Shown: piece after piece, positions 32,692 through 42,116 of the stretch | Layout: each line of letters begins with the position of its first letter | How positions within the stretch are numbered: position 1 is the first letter of the stretch | From: Bdellovibrionales bacterium | GTDB taxonomy: Bacteria > Bdellovibrionota > Bdellovibrionia > Bdellovibrionales > UBA1609 | Length of the DNA: 64,000 nt | Assembly: GCA_965261545.1 (NCBI GenBank) | Contig: CBDHDF010000011.1 | Span: 672,001-736,000 of the forward strand | Direction of reading: 5' to 3' | Translations under genes and position numbers: made by a program | The notes under the pieces: model-generated | What the model saw: the letters and a program-made list of their open reading frames with translations, nothing else | Database searches by the model: none | What the model was told of the DNA's origin: nothing

Positions 32692-33007
32692 GCTAGACTA
32701 TATTAAAGTAATAAATCACTTCAGTAAAGGCTATTTCAGAAATTCCCGCCGAGCTTGAAAAAACATCGAATTGGGTCAAAAATAACGACACCAAGACGCA
32801 TCACATTAAAACACCTTCGTGGTGCCCGGGTTATGGTCCTCCACCTGGCTGGCTCATTATTCCGACACCGAGTTCCCACTTTTCTCTTTTTGAGTCAAAA
32901 ATGTGCGTTGAGGAGACTCCCTCACTCAATAAGACACCGGTTGTTACGCCTTCTAAAACAGATCAGCCGAGCTACCCCTCTGTTGATCCTCTCAGTAAGA
33001 TTGATCT

Positions 33008-34729
33008 CCCGAGTTTGACAGCAGCATCTGCGTCAAACGAATGATATTAAAGGATTAACGCATATAGTTGTATTTTGTTTATCCACACTTGTGGGCATTA
33101 AGGATTCTGGGAGGGATGGGGACGCCTGCGGCTTTAAATAAGGAGTTGGCATTGCCAGTGATATCTGTGCGGGTCCAAATGACTTGATCACGAATTTTAA
33201 CAGGGATAGCCCTAACTTCCTTGAGTTCCCTCATGGCCTCTACAACAGTTAAAGGTCGCTCTTTAACATGACCAATGCCTATGGCTGGGCTTTTTAGGTT
33301 CATCTTCTTATCTCTTAAACATTTTGTAAGGTGGGCCTCACAAAGATAAGTTAAAAAGCATAGAGTTAAATGTCCAATAATCCTCTGGTCTGTCCAATGG
33401 AAAACAGGACGTGTTTTCAAAGTCCCTTTTAACTCACCAAAAGCATCTTCAATTTTCCACAATTCTTTGTAGTTGATAATAATCTCATCTGCCGTCAAGT
33501 CTTTGACATTTGTAAGGACGGCAAAAAAACCATCAATTTTTTCATCTAATTCTATTTGTTCTGCATTTAATTCAGGTTTTTTATTTTTGTCGTCAGCCAT
33601 CTTTACATATTTCTTATAACCTTTATTGGAAACAAAAGTACTAGACTGAACACCTTTAGAAGATAGTTTTCCTTCGATCTTTTCAAGAAGGGATTCTCTA
33701 GATTTTTTATCCCTCTCTGCTCTTTTCCTAGACCAAGTCACAATACATCTATGCCCCCCATGGTCTGTTTCGTAAACAGCAAGCTCATTCTCATATACCC
33801 AGCTAAAACGATTTAAATCATAGACCTCTTGTTTCTTTTCTTTTTTTAAAGATCCAAGCTTCATACCAACAATAAACTCGCTTTGATCCTCACTGAGTTT
33901 GTCAGTATTAGCCTTTGATAAAAGCCCCCTATCAGCCACAAAAATGAAACGGCGTACATTAAACTTTTTTCTCATTTTATCAACAATATCTGAAAGCGTC
34001 TTGCCTTCAAAAGTATTACCAGGGAAAACCTCAAAACCTAAAGGGATGCCATCCCGATTCACCAACAAACCAAAGACAACTTGGGTGCAGTCTGATCGTC
34101 TCTCTTTACTATAGCGAAATTGACGAAGTTTCCCTAAGTCTGTTCTTGTACTCTCGAAGCGTAAGGTTGTTAAATCATACAACACAATGTCTACTTGGAA
34201 ATTAAATAAATCTCGCCCCACCCAATAAAGCGAGTTCTCTATTTCATCCTTATGGGAGGCAAGTAAGTCCATAGACCGATAAATATGCTGGAGACTCAAA
34301 TCACCCTTAATCATGTCTGGGTAAAAAGATTTTTGCCAATACTCAAAAACCTTTAACTTGGAACTAGGAGCAATAAATCGGCTGGCAACTAAGGTAAAAA
34401 TCACCTTACATAAATCAAATTGAACTTTCTCATGAGAATCTTTTATGTCTTTGAGGGTCTTATTGATACCCAGTTGATCAAACAACTTTTGTAAAATCAG
34501 CAAGGGACCCAAAATGAAAGTCTCTTCGATGTAAAGCTCCTTAGCCAATTGACTCACAGTGAGAAGCTCTCGGTGGCGGGATACGGCCTGCGCCAAACTA
34601 TTAATCTTATCCTCTCCTCCTTCTCCAGCCTTACCTAAGGACATGAGCATGCGTTTTTTGGATTTGCCTTTTTCTCTGTAGGACTCCACAAGGTGGTAGT
34701 AGCACTGACCTTTTGAGTTTTTAGTCGTT
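33008..34729 (-). mobile_element. IS1634-family element, 5' end truncated by IS21
   Basis: Terminus CCCGAGTTTGACA at 33008; IS21 end abuts at 34730. Confidence 0.88.
33079..34729 (-). pseudogene. IS1634-family transposase lacking its native start
   Basis: YYHLVESYR, LYDLTTLRFE, FVADRGL, YKELWKIEDAF..LK...RPVFHW; the ORF-track start lies inside the IS21 end. Confidence 0.85.
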
Positions 34730-35633
34730 TGGCCCGGAGGGGAGGGCAAACCAGGCCATTTAAAATTTAATATCTGACAAGGCGTATTGTAAAATACCTT
34801 CTAGAAAACAACCTGGGAGGGAAGGATGAACGTCTTGAATAAACAAAAACAAGAAGAGATATTAACATTAATTATAGCAGGTCACTCATTTCGTAAAATA
34901 GCGAAAAGGCTACATGTAGGTCGATCTACGGTTTCAGAGTATGCGAAAGCCCATAGGGTCATTGCCAAAAAGGGGCGTACAGGAGGTATAGAGCCAAAAT
35001 CTCCAGCCTTTTCGGTGTGCTCAGAAGCAGAGTCATGTTCATCTTCATGTTCTCCTGAAATTTGCTCTGCGGAGCCTCCAAGCCTTCCTGTGGCCCAGTT
35101 CGAAAAGCCCAAGGAAGTTTCGGTCTCCTCCACAGAATTCAATCAGCAGGTTCTTCTAGGGGAAGCCACCCCCCCCCCCCTTAGAAACGCCTCCATCTTC
35201 CCCTATAGGATCAGGCTCAGCATGTCTTGTCGTGTCTGATGGGGCTTCCATGCACTCCTCCGCCTGCCTCACGCGCCCATCCACAACCATGGTGGAACCG
35301 ATGGCTGCTCCCACAGAAACTGGATCCACGGACTGTATAGAACCACCTGGATTGAAAAAATCTCTTAAAGATAAAACCTCTCAACGCCCCTTATGTCATC
35401 AGTCGGCTTGTGAGCCCCACAGGGCTTGGATTGAAAATCAGGCTTTGAACTTAGAGCGCAATCGAATGGCCATCTACCAAGATTTAGTGGAGAAATTTGG
35501 TTTTTCTCACTCCTACGACAGCGTGAAAAAATTTGTAAGGAAGCTGAAGAAGAGTACTCCCAAACGCTATGATCGCTTGGATTTTCCCCCCGGAGAGGAA
35601 GCCCAAGTGGATTATGGCCAAGGGGCTCTGACT
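34730..35633 (+). mobile_element. istA: IS21-family left end with frameshifted, truncated istA
   Basis: 5'-TG end TGGCCCGGAGGGGAGGGCAAACCAGGCCATTT; HTH SFRKIAKRLHVGRSTV; SACEPH, SYDSVKKFV, PGEEAQVDYG; frameshift at a C12 run; cut by IS4. Confidence 0.85.
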
Positions 35634-37035
35634 CAATGCCGTTTCCTTAAGAAAAATCTCTTGAAATTATTAGATAAATCGACAAGAATAAGACTTGTTT
35701 TATTTTACACCCAACCCTCAACCAAGGAGTAAGTCACATGCAATCCAATATTGATCTCGAAAGCCCCCAAATGACGAGTTCGCGTCACAGATGACCATTT
35801 TATTCTACCAAAACTTGATTCTTCCTTCAAGTCAGAGCACCTTGTCGATCCAGAAAAACAAAAAAGGAATCGAAAATTTAATCCTCAAATTTTCTTTTTT
35901 ACCATTATCTATCTTATTTCCGGAACAAATTACGAAGGCTACCAAATCGCTCTTAAGACGGTATGGACTCATTTTGGTGACCTGCTTCTCATGCCAGTCA
36001 AAAGCAGTCTCAGCAAGATACGTCAAAGTATTTCTTACCTATTTTTCAAAGATATCTTTGAATCTTTGATTACAGACTACGAACCATTGAGAAAAACGTT
36101 TCATGGTTTTTATATCTATGCCATAGATGGCGACCAATTAGCACTTCCTCGCTCTAAAGATCTTTTAAAGGAGGGTTATTGTGGGTACCCTTGCCCAAAT
36201 GAGATGGAAACTCATTTCTTACGTATGTATCTATCTCATGCTTATGACGTTTTATCGGGTGTGACAAAGAATCTTTGCTATTCTCCCGCTCTGAACGAAA
36301 TCGCCAATGCTATTCAAATGATAGGTAGTTTTGAGAGTAATAGCATAACTCTCTACGATAGGCTTTATTTATCTACAGAGATTATTAAGGCCCATGCTCA
36401 AGCCAGTAACTTCTTTATTGCGCGTTGTAAGCGAGGCTCTACTTTTATCCCCATTGTAAATTTATTTAATGGCCCAGGTTGGTATTCACGAATGGTTATT
36501 GAGGGGGTGGTCATTCATCTCTATAAGTATAAAAACCCAAAGACTGGGGAGTTCTCTGTTTTGGCCACTAATCTTCCGCATGGCTCCTTGGACAAGAAGG
36601 ATATGGTTGCTCTTTACTCTCGTCGTTGGGAAATAGAAACGACATTTCGTGATTTTACATCGACAATGAAAATGGAGCAGTGGCACTCAACAAGCCTTAA
36701 TGGAATATTGCAAGAGCTGTATTCTTATTTTTGGCTCTTCAATTATACAAAGATTCAAATGAGCATAAATGAGGATGAAGACAGTGTGAATCAGTTGGTA
36801 AAAAATGACTACAAAAAACCTAACTTTAAACTGATTCTTGATTTCATAATGGATAGCATCCCTCTTTTTGTTGCGGGGCTCTATCAGAAATTTAGGAAGC
36901 AGATAAAGTTGCTGATGAAGATTTCAATGGAGAAGAGGAGGCACTTCAAAAGAAGCTATGAAAGGTCTATCAAAAGGGCTGGGAGTTCTTTTAAAAGAAA
37001 TAGCTTAACGCAGAGGCAGAGGGGTGTGGTGGCTT
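35634..37035 (+). mobile_element. IS4-family element type A, right IR cut by an IS91-like element
   Basis: Left IR CAATGCCGTTTCCTTAAG; breaks at ...GTGGCTT, where AAGGAAACGGCATTG is expected. Confidence 0.9.
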
Positions 37036-37043
37036 GTGAATAG
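35991..37043 (+). CDS. IS4-family transposase type A
   Basis: YAIDGD, LYDRLY, YSRRWEIETTFRDF (YREK signature); the frame is open about 70 codons upstream of this ATG. Confidence 0.88.
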   Translation: MPVKSSLSKIRQSISYLFFKDIFESLITDYEPLRKTFHGFYIYAIDGDQLALPRSKDLLKEGYCGYPCPNEMETHFLRMYLSHAYDVLSGVTKNLCYSPALNEIANAIQMIGSFESNSITLYDRLYLSTEIIKAHAQASNFFIARCKRGSTFIPIVNLFNGPGWYSRMVIEGVVIHLYKYKNPKTGEFSVLATNLPHGSLDKKDMVALYSRRWEIETTFRDFTSTMKMEQWHSTSLNGILQELYSYFWLFNYTKIQMSINEDEDSVNQLVKNDYKKPNFKLILDFIMDSIPLFVAGLYQKFRKQIKLLMKISMEKRRHFKRSYERSIKRAGSSFKRNSLTQRQRGVVACE

Positions 37044-38755
37044 GAAGGATAAAAGGTCTTTTTTAGAAATCCGCAAGGCATATCAGTAAAAACTGCAGAG
37101 GCCAGCGAAAGCTCCAATAGGATTTTTGGGCTTAACTGGTGGTTTAGGATGGTGTTGGGCAAAGTTTGAGGAAAATAAGGCCAGAAAAATATGTTGTTTT
37201 ATGGTGTTGAGACGTACCTCTCCATGAACATAGAGGGAGCAGATGATACAGCCCTATGCGTCATTCAGGACAGTCAGAAGTTAAGAAAATGAGTCGAAAC
37301 TCTCACTTTGTGGTGGGCCTCTGGGTGGCCATAGGCTTGGAGGTTGTGAGGTGATGCCGAGATGAGTAAGAATTTTTTCAATGACCTGAGGGTCTTCAAT
37401 GGAAGAAATGACTTTTACTTTTCCACCACACTCATGGCAAGTTTCAACGTCTATGTCAAAAACCCTCCTGAGCCTTTGAGCCCAGGTCATTCCTGAAGAT
37501 TTTTTCTTGTTTGGTCTTGGCTCTGAATCTTCCAAATCTAAGGTTTTTTCCCTTGAGTCTTCACCGATGGAGGCTTCGATTTGGGGTTGCGGGACGATTG
37601 AGGATCGATATTTGAAATTGGGCGCGAAAACTCCGTGGAATCTTGTGAGATTCACTCGTGGTCGAGGGATGAGGGAGGCAAGACGGCTAAGGAAATCAAG
37701 GGGGTCCAGAACGATATGAGTGGTTCCATTGTCATAGGCAGTTTTGAGTTTATAGACGACTTGGCCCCTGGCATTTAATGAAAGCCTTTCTTCACTGAGG
37801 CTGGGTCTTGAAATATACCGGCATACCCTCTCTCGCTTTTTTTTCTCATGGGCTCTACATGCGACTCCTCCATGGAGACTAAAGCCAGAATATTTGGCAA
37901 GAAATTCACTATTAAAACCTTTACCTCTTGGTGATACAGTGTGAAGAGTCAGTGCTTTTTTCCCTTTGTGAGGACCGAGAGCTATTCTATAGGTGACTGA
38001 TGATCCGTGGACTTGGTCCATACTGTCAGAGGCTTCCATAGCCAGATACTCTTGCCCTGTTTCATCCCTTAGGATAAGTCCCTTTTTTTCTAGGTGCTTG
38101 ACCACTCTATGAGCTATGCTCACCAAGATGTGATCCATTTCACTTTGGGTGGGTGGAGTTATGGGGTGAAAATGAGGTTTACCTTCGGGGAATGTGTACA
38201 CTCCATCCAAATACATCATATGGAAATGAATATTGAGATTGATGCTTCCGCCAAATCGTTGAATGAAGGTAACAGAACCCGTCTTGGCTCCTGATTTTTT
38301 GGTGAGGCCAGCTCTTTTGATCAGGTAGGTGGAAATGGCTCGATGAACGATGGCTAAGACCTCTCCCATGACCTTTGGATTTTTGGCAAAGAGGAATCTT
38401 ATTTGAAAAGGAAAGCTAAGGACCCATTGTCGTAGGGGTTTTTGGGGAAAAACTTCATCAACTAAGTGGGCTGCACTTTCAGCCATTCTTCTTGCGCCGC
38501 AGCTTGGACAGAAGCCTCGACGCTTGCAGCTAAAGGCCACAAGCCTTTCATGGTGGCAAGATTCACACTGGGTTCTCAAGAAACCATGGGCAAGAATTCC
38601 ACACTTGAGAAACTCATCGAATTCTTTTTTAACGAACTGGGGAAGGCCATTTTCATGCTCATTTTCTATGTGCCGGTAGAAAGTGAGTAGATTTTCTTGC
38701 ACCAATTTGTAAAGGAGAGTCTTTTCAGGGCGGTGTCGTTGGTATTTGGGAGCGT
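37036..38755 (-). mobile_element. IS91/ISCR-like rolling-circle element, 5' end truncated by IS21
   Basis: oriIS-like end TTTATCCTTCCTATTCAC (minus strand) abutting AAG. Confidence 0.8.
37281..38755 (-). pseudogene. IS91-family (Y2/HUH) transposase, extreme N-terminus replaced by an IS21 end
   Basis: YQRHRPEKT, CGILAHGF..CESC..AFSCKRRGFCPSC Zn domain, NIHFH (HUH), YISRP, RFHGVFAPN. Confidence 0.88.
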
Positions 38756-39653
38756 TGTCCCCGATGGGCGGGTTAAACCAGGCCATTTGTGGGCGGGCAA
38801 ACCAGGCCATTTAGGGCGATCTGACAAGATGGGCTCACCCTACCTTTAATTTTTTATCTTGACAAGTCGGTTTGAAGCTTCCTTCAATCGGTAGCTTTTT
38901 CCCTCAAATTTTAATAGTTGGCTGCAGTGGAGAAGGCGATCCAGGATGGCAGAGGCCACGGTATTATCGCCCAAACACTTTCCCCAGTCCTCAATAATGC
39001 GATTGGAGGTAATAAGAGTGCTTTTTCTCGCTGAGTATCGATCCAGAATGATTTCCTGGAAGTCATCGCAAGCCTCTGGCGGAATGCGCTTTCTAAGAAA
39101 AAGATCATCAATGATCAACAGGTCCACATGGATGAGTTGGGTGTAGAACCTCTTTCTGCGCCCCAGCTGCCTGGCCTCAAAGAGATTTTCAAAGAGCTTG
39201 TGAGCTTCTTGATACAAAACCTTGTAATTTGATATGGAACAGACCTTGGTGGCTATAGCTTTTGCAATGTGGCTTTTTCCAGTTCCAGGGGAGCCAATAA
39301 GCAAGGCTCCCTCCCCCTGCTTGATGAACTTCAAGTTCATTAATTCCAAGATCATTGGCTTGGGTATTTTTGGGTTAAAATTCCAATCAAAGCCGGTGAG
39401 GGTGGACTCTTCCGTGAGCTTGGATGCTTTGAGGAGTCTCTCACATTTTTTGCTTTTCTTGAAATCCTTTTCATCCTGTAAGAGCAATGAGAAGGTCTCT
39501 TGGAAGTTTTGTTGGTTCTGTGTGTGTTGGTAACTTCGAGCCTCAAATGTTTCAAACATGCCTATAAGCTTAAGGCTTTTGAGAGTCTCTTGTATTTCTG
39601 TAGGTGACATTGGCATTGTGATTGCTCCTTTCCTCTAGAAGAGGGGTTGGGGG
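38756..39653 (-). mobile_element. IS21-family right part (istB plus end with repeated binding sites)
   Basis: TG terminus at 38756; AAACCAGGCCATTT x2, the same motif as the left end at 34730. Confidence 0.85.
38846..39616 (-). CDS. istB: IS21 helper ATPase IstB
   Basis: FDWNFNP, GSPGTGKSH, LLIIDD, STLITSNR, AILDRLLH, GKSYR. Confidence 0.93.
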   Translation of the reverse strand: MPMSPTEIQETLKSLKLIGMFETFEARSYQHTQNQQNFQETFSLLLQDEKDFKKSKKCERLLKASKLTEESTLTGFDWNFNPKIPKPMILELMNLKFIKQGEGALLIGSPGTGKSHIAKAIATKVCSISNYKVLYQEAHKLFENLFEARQLGRRKRFYTQLIHVDLLIIDDLFLRKRIPPEACDDFQEIILDRYSARKSTLITSNRIIEDWGKCLGDNTVASAILDRLLHCSQLLKFEGKSYRLKEASNRLVKIKN

Positions 39654-39822
39654 CAATGGCATTCGTTTTTGCAGAAGGTTTTTCCACATTTTTCTGACTC
39701 CCTCTAACATACTGAGTTAAGGGGGCTTTTATCTTTTTTCTTTTTCCGAAAAAAAATACTTGAGTCCACCCCATCGTTGTGTCACATTATATTTGAACCA
39801 TTCCCAAAGGGGAGAGACTCAA

Positions 39823-42105
39823 ATGGACCCACGCATAGAGACATTGCCTTCAACAACTTTTTTTGGAAGACGCTTGACGCGCAAGCAAATTGCCGACATT
39901 CAAAAGACGGTGGCGCTATTTCCTTCTTTAAGTCGCCGTGAACTGGGTTATACAGTTTGTGAACATCTTGGTTGGCTAACTCCCAAAGGTGATCATCGCA
40001 TCCAATCGTGCCTTCGTATGCTTGAGATGCTAGAGGAACTTGACATTCTATCCCTGCCAGAAAAAGACATGTCAAAGCGGAGTGTCCCCTCCAAAAAAAT
40101 CACTTGGACACACCGAACAGATGAAAAGCCTCTCATCAACGATAAACTAGACTCATTGACCCCACTTTCTTTGCAAATCGTAACTGATCAAGAGGCCATT
40201 AAGGAATGGAATGAAGTTGTCGATCGGCATCATTATCTCAATTACAGACGTCCCTTTGGTCCCCATTTGCGCTATTTCATCCTAGATAATTGTGGGCGGA
40301 AATTGGGTTGTCTTTTATTTGAAGCTGGCACATCCACTTTGCCTTGCCGTGATGAATGGATCGGTTGGCAAAATCGAGCTTACAAAAAGCACTTGAATTT
40401 AGTGGTGAACAATAGTCGATTTTTGATCTTTCCCTGGGTAAAGGTTCGCCATCTTGCTTCGATGGCTTTATCTATGGCAACTCGCCAACTTCCCACAGAC
40501 TGGGAGTTAAAACATGCTTTCAAACCTGTACTCATGGAGACTTTTGTCGACCTTACCAAATTTAATGCCACGAGCTATCGTGCTGCCAACTGGCTTTATT
40601 TGGGCAAAACAAATGGAAGTCGTGCCTACAAAAATGTAAAGGGAAAAACTCAAAAAGGTGTTTATGTTCAACCTCTGACAAAGAATTATCAGTCTATCTT
40701 ATTGAATGGCCCCCAATGCGCTATCAAGAAACCCGTCGGGAAACCCACCATCAAGCCACATAAGAACTTGGCTGAGCCTATGCTAGAGGACTCTTTTGTG
40801 CATCTTTGGCAAAACATCATCAAGACAGTGGTTATCATTGCAGATGAGTACGACCGAACCTGGCAAAAGCGTCAACGTGTCTTGAATACATTGTTGATTA
40901 TACTTTTCATCTTCCGACTTGTTTTCTCTAAAGGAAAACAAGGTTATGATACAACTTTGATTGAACTTTGGGAGCAGTGTCGCATATTAGACATTGAACT
41001 CCCTCAACCTAAACCAGTTCGGGCATCCACTATGTGTAGTGCACGGGCTAAAGTAGATGAAAATATATTTAAAGTTTTGCATGATGAAATTCTTAAACAA
41101 GACGGTATATCCAATTCTAGTACCTTATGGAAGGGCCATAAGGTTTTCGCAGTGGATGGATCGAAAATAAATTTACCACGTCAACTCGTAGATAATGGGT
41201 ATCAGCAACCATGGGAAAAAGCATGGTACCCTCAAGGTCTTGTCAGTTGCCTGTACCAACTACAGTCGAAGATTCCTGTGGATTTTGATCTCTTTGCCCA
41301 TAACAATGAGAGAAAGGCTGCACAAACTCATTTCAAAAAATTGTTTGAAAACGATGTTGTGGTTTATGATCGTGGCTATTATTCCTACGAAATGCTTCAT
41401 GAGCATAAGGTGCGAAGTCTGCATGCGGTGTTTAGGATAAGGAGAAATGCCAACACTGTTTTTGATGAATTTATTAATAATGATCAAAAAGACTCAGTGA
41501 TCCAAGTCATTCCTAGCAAGCAAATTCTGAAAGAACTACATAAAAAAAAGCCACAAGACGACTTCAAAGCCTACGCTTTGCGTTTGGTCAAATATAAAAT
41601 TGGACAAACTACTTTTGTTCTAGGAACAACCTTAATGGATCAAAAAAAATATTCCATTGATGATCTGGCCAATCTCTATCATGGACGCTGGAGTATAGAG
41701 GAACTGTACAAAATATCCAAAGAACTGATGACCATTGAAGAGTTTCATTCTCAAAGTGAAAGGGGAGTCAAACAAGAATTGTTTGCACACTTCACACTTA
41801 TCACTCTGACAAGATTATTTTCCAACTACACGGAAGACCGTCTTAATACATCTCAATCCCATAGTAAAAAACAAACCATGCAGACAAACTTTAAAAACAA
41901 TTTACTGACAATTGCAAGAAATATTGAAGGTCTTTTTCTTCAACAAAAGGTAGTGCTTAGTAAAACCCTCAATTGCATCATTACAAATATGAAGACCTGC
42001 CGACAAAGGCTACGTCCGAATAGGCATTACGACCGAGTTTCTAGAAAACCCATCGGAGTATGGAGACCCAGTAAAGAGGTTAGGGGGGCTATGGCCAACG
42101 GATAA
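39823..42105 (+). CDS. DUF4338 (DruA-like) domain fused to an IS4-family DDE transposase
   Basis: N-terminal half HHYL, RDEWIGW, VVNNSRFLI.PWV, ETFVD, YRAANW..LGKT; C-terminal half AVDGS, VYDRGY, YHGRWSIEELYK; start at Met 39823 inferred from RBS. Confidence 0.88.
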   Translation: MDPRIETLPSTTFFGRRLTRKQIADIQKTVALFPSLSRRELGYTVCEHLGWLTPKGDHRIQSCLRMLEMLEELDILSLPEKDMSKRSVPSKKITWTHRTDEKPLINDKLDSLTPLSLQIVTDQEAIKEWNEVVDRHHYLNYRRPFGPHLRYFILDNCGRKLGCLLFEAGTSTLPCRDEWIGWQNRAYKKHLNLVVNNSRFLIFPWVKVRHLASMALSMATRQLPTDWELKHAFKPVLMETFVDLTKFNATSYRAANWLYLGKTNGSRAYKNVKGKTQKGVYVQPLTKNYQSILLNGPQCAIKKPVGKPTIKPHKNLAEPMLEDSFVHLWQNIIKTVVIIADEYDRTWQKRQRVLNTLLIILFIFRLVFSKGKQGYDTTLIELWEQCRILDIELPQPKPVRASTMCSARAKVDENIFKVLHDEILKQDGISNSSTLWKGHKVFAVDGSKINLPRQLVDNGYQQPWEKAWYPQGLVSCLYQLQSKIPVDFDLFAHNNERKAAQTHFKKLFENDVVVYDRGYYSYEMLHEHKVRSLHAVFRIRRNANTVFDEFINNDQKDSVIQVIPSKQILKELHKKKPQDDFKAYALRLVKYKIGQTTFVLGTTLMDQKKYSIDDLANLYHGRWSIEELYKISKELMTIEEFHSQSERGVKQELFAHFTLITLTRLFSNYTEDRLNTSQSHSKKQTMQTNFKNNLLTIARNIEGLFLQQKVVLSKTLNCIITNMKTCRQRLRPNRHYDRVSRKPIGVWRPSKEVRGAMANG

Positions 42106-42116
42106 TCACATGGATC

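Noticed and set aside
32744..33007. CCGAGCTTGA as another IS1634-like end with a relic
   Set aside because: The similarity is too short and no transposase peptide is recognisable.
38756..38810. MAWFARPQMAWFNPP N-terminus of the IS91 transposase
   Set aside because: Translation of IS21 terminal repeats, not native sequence; the same applies to the MPSPPGQ start of the IS1634 ORF.
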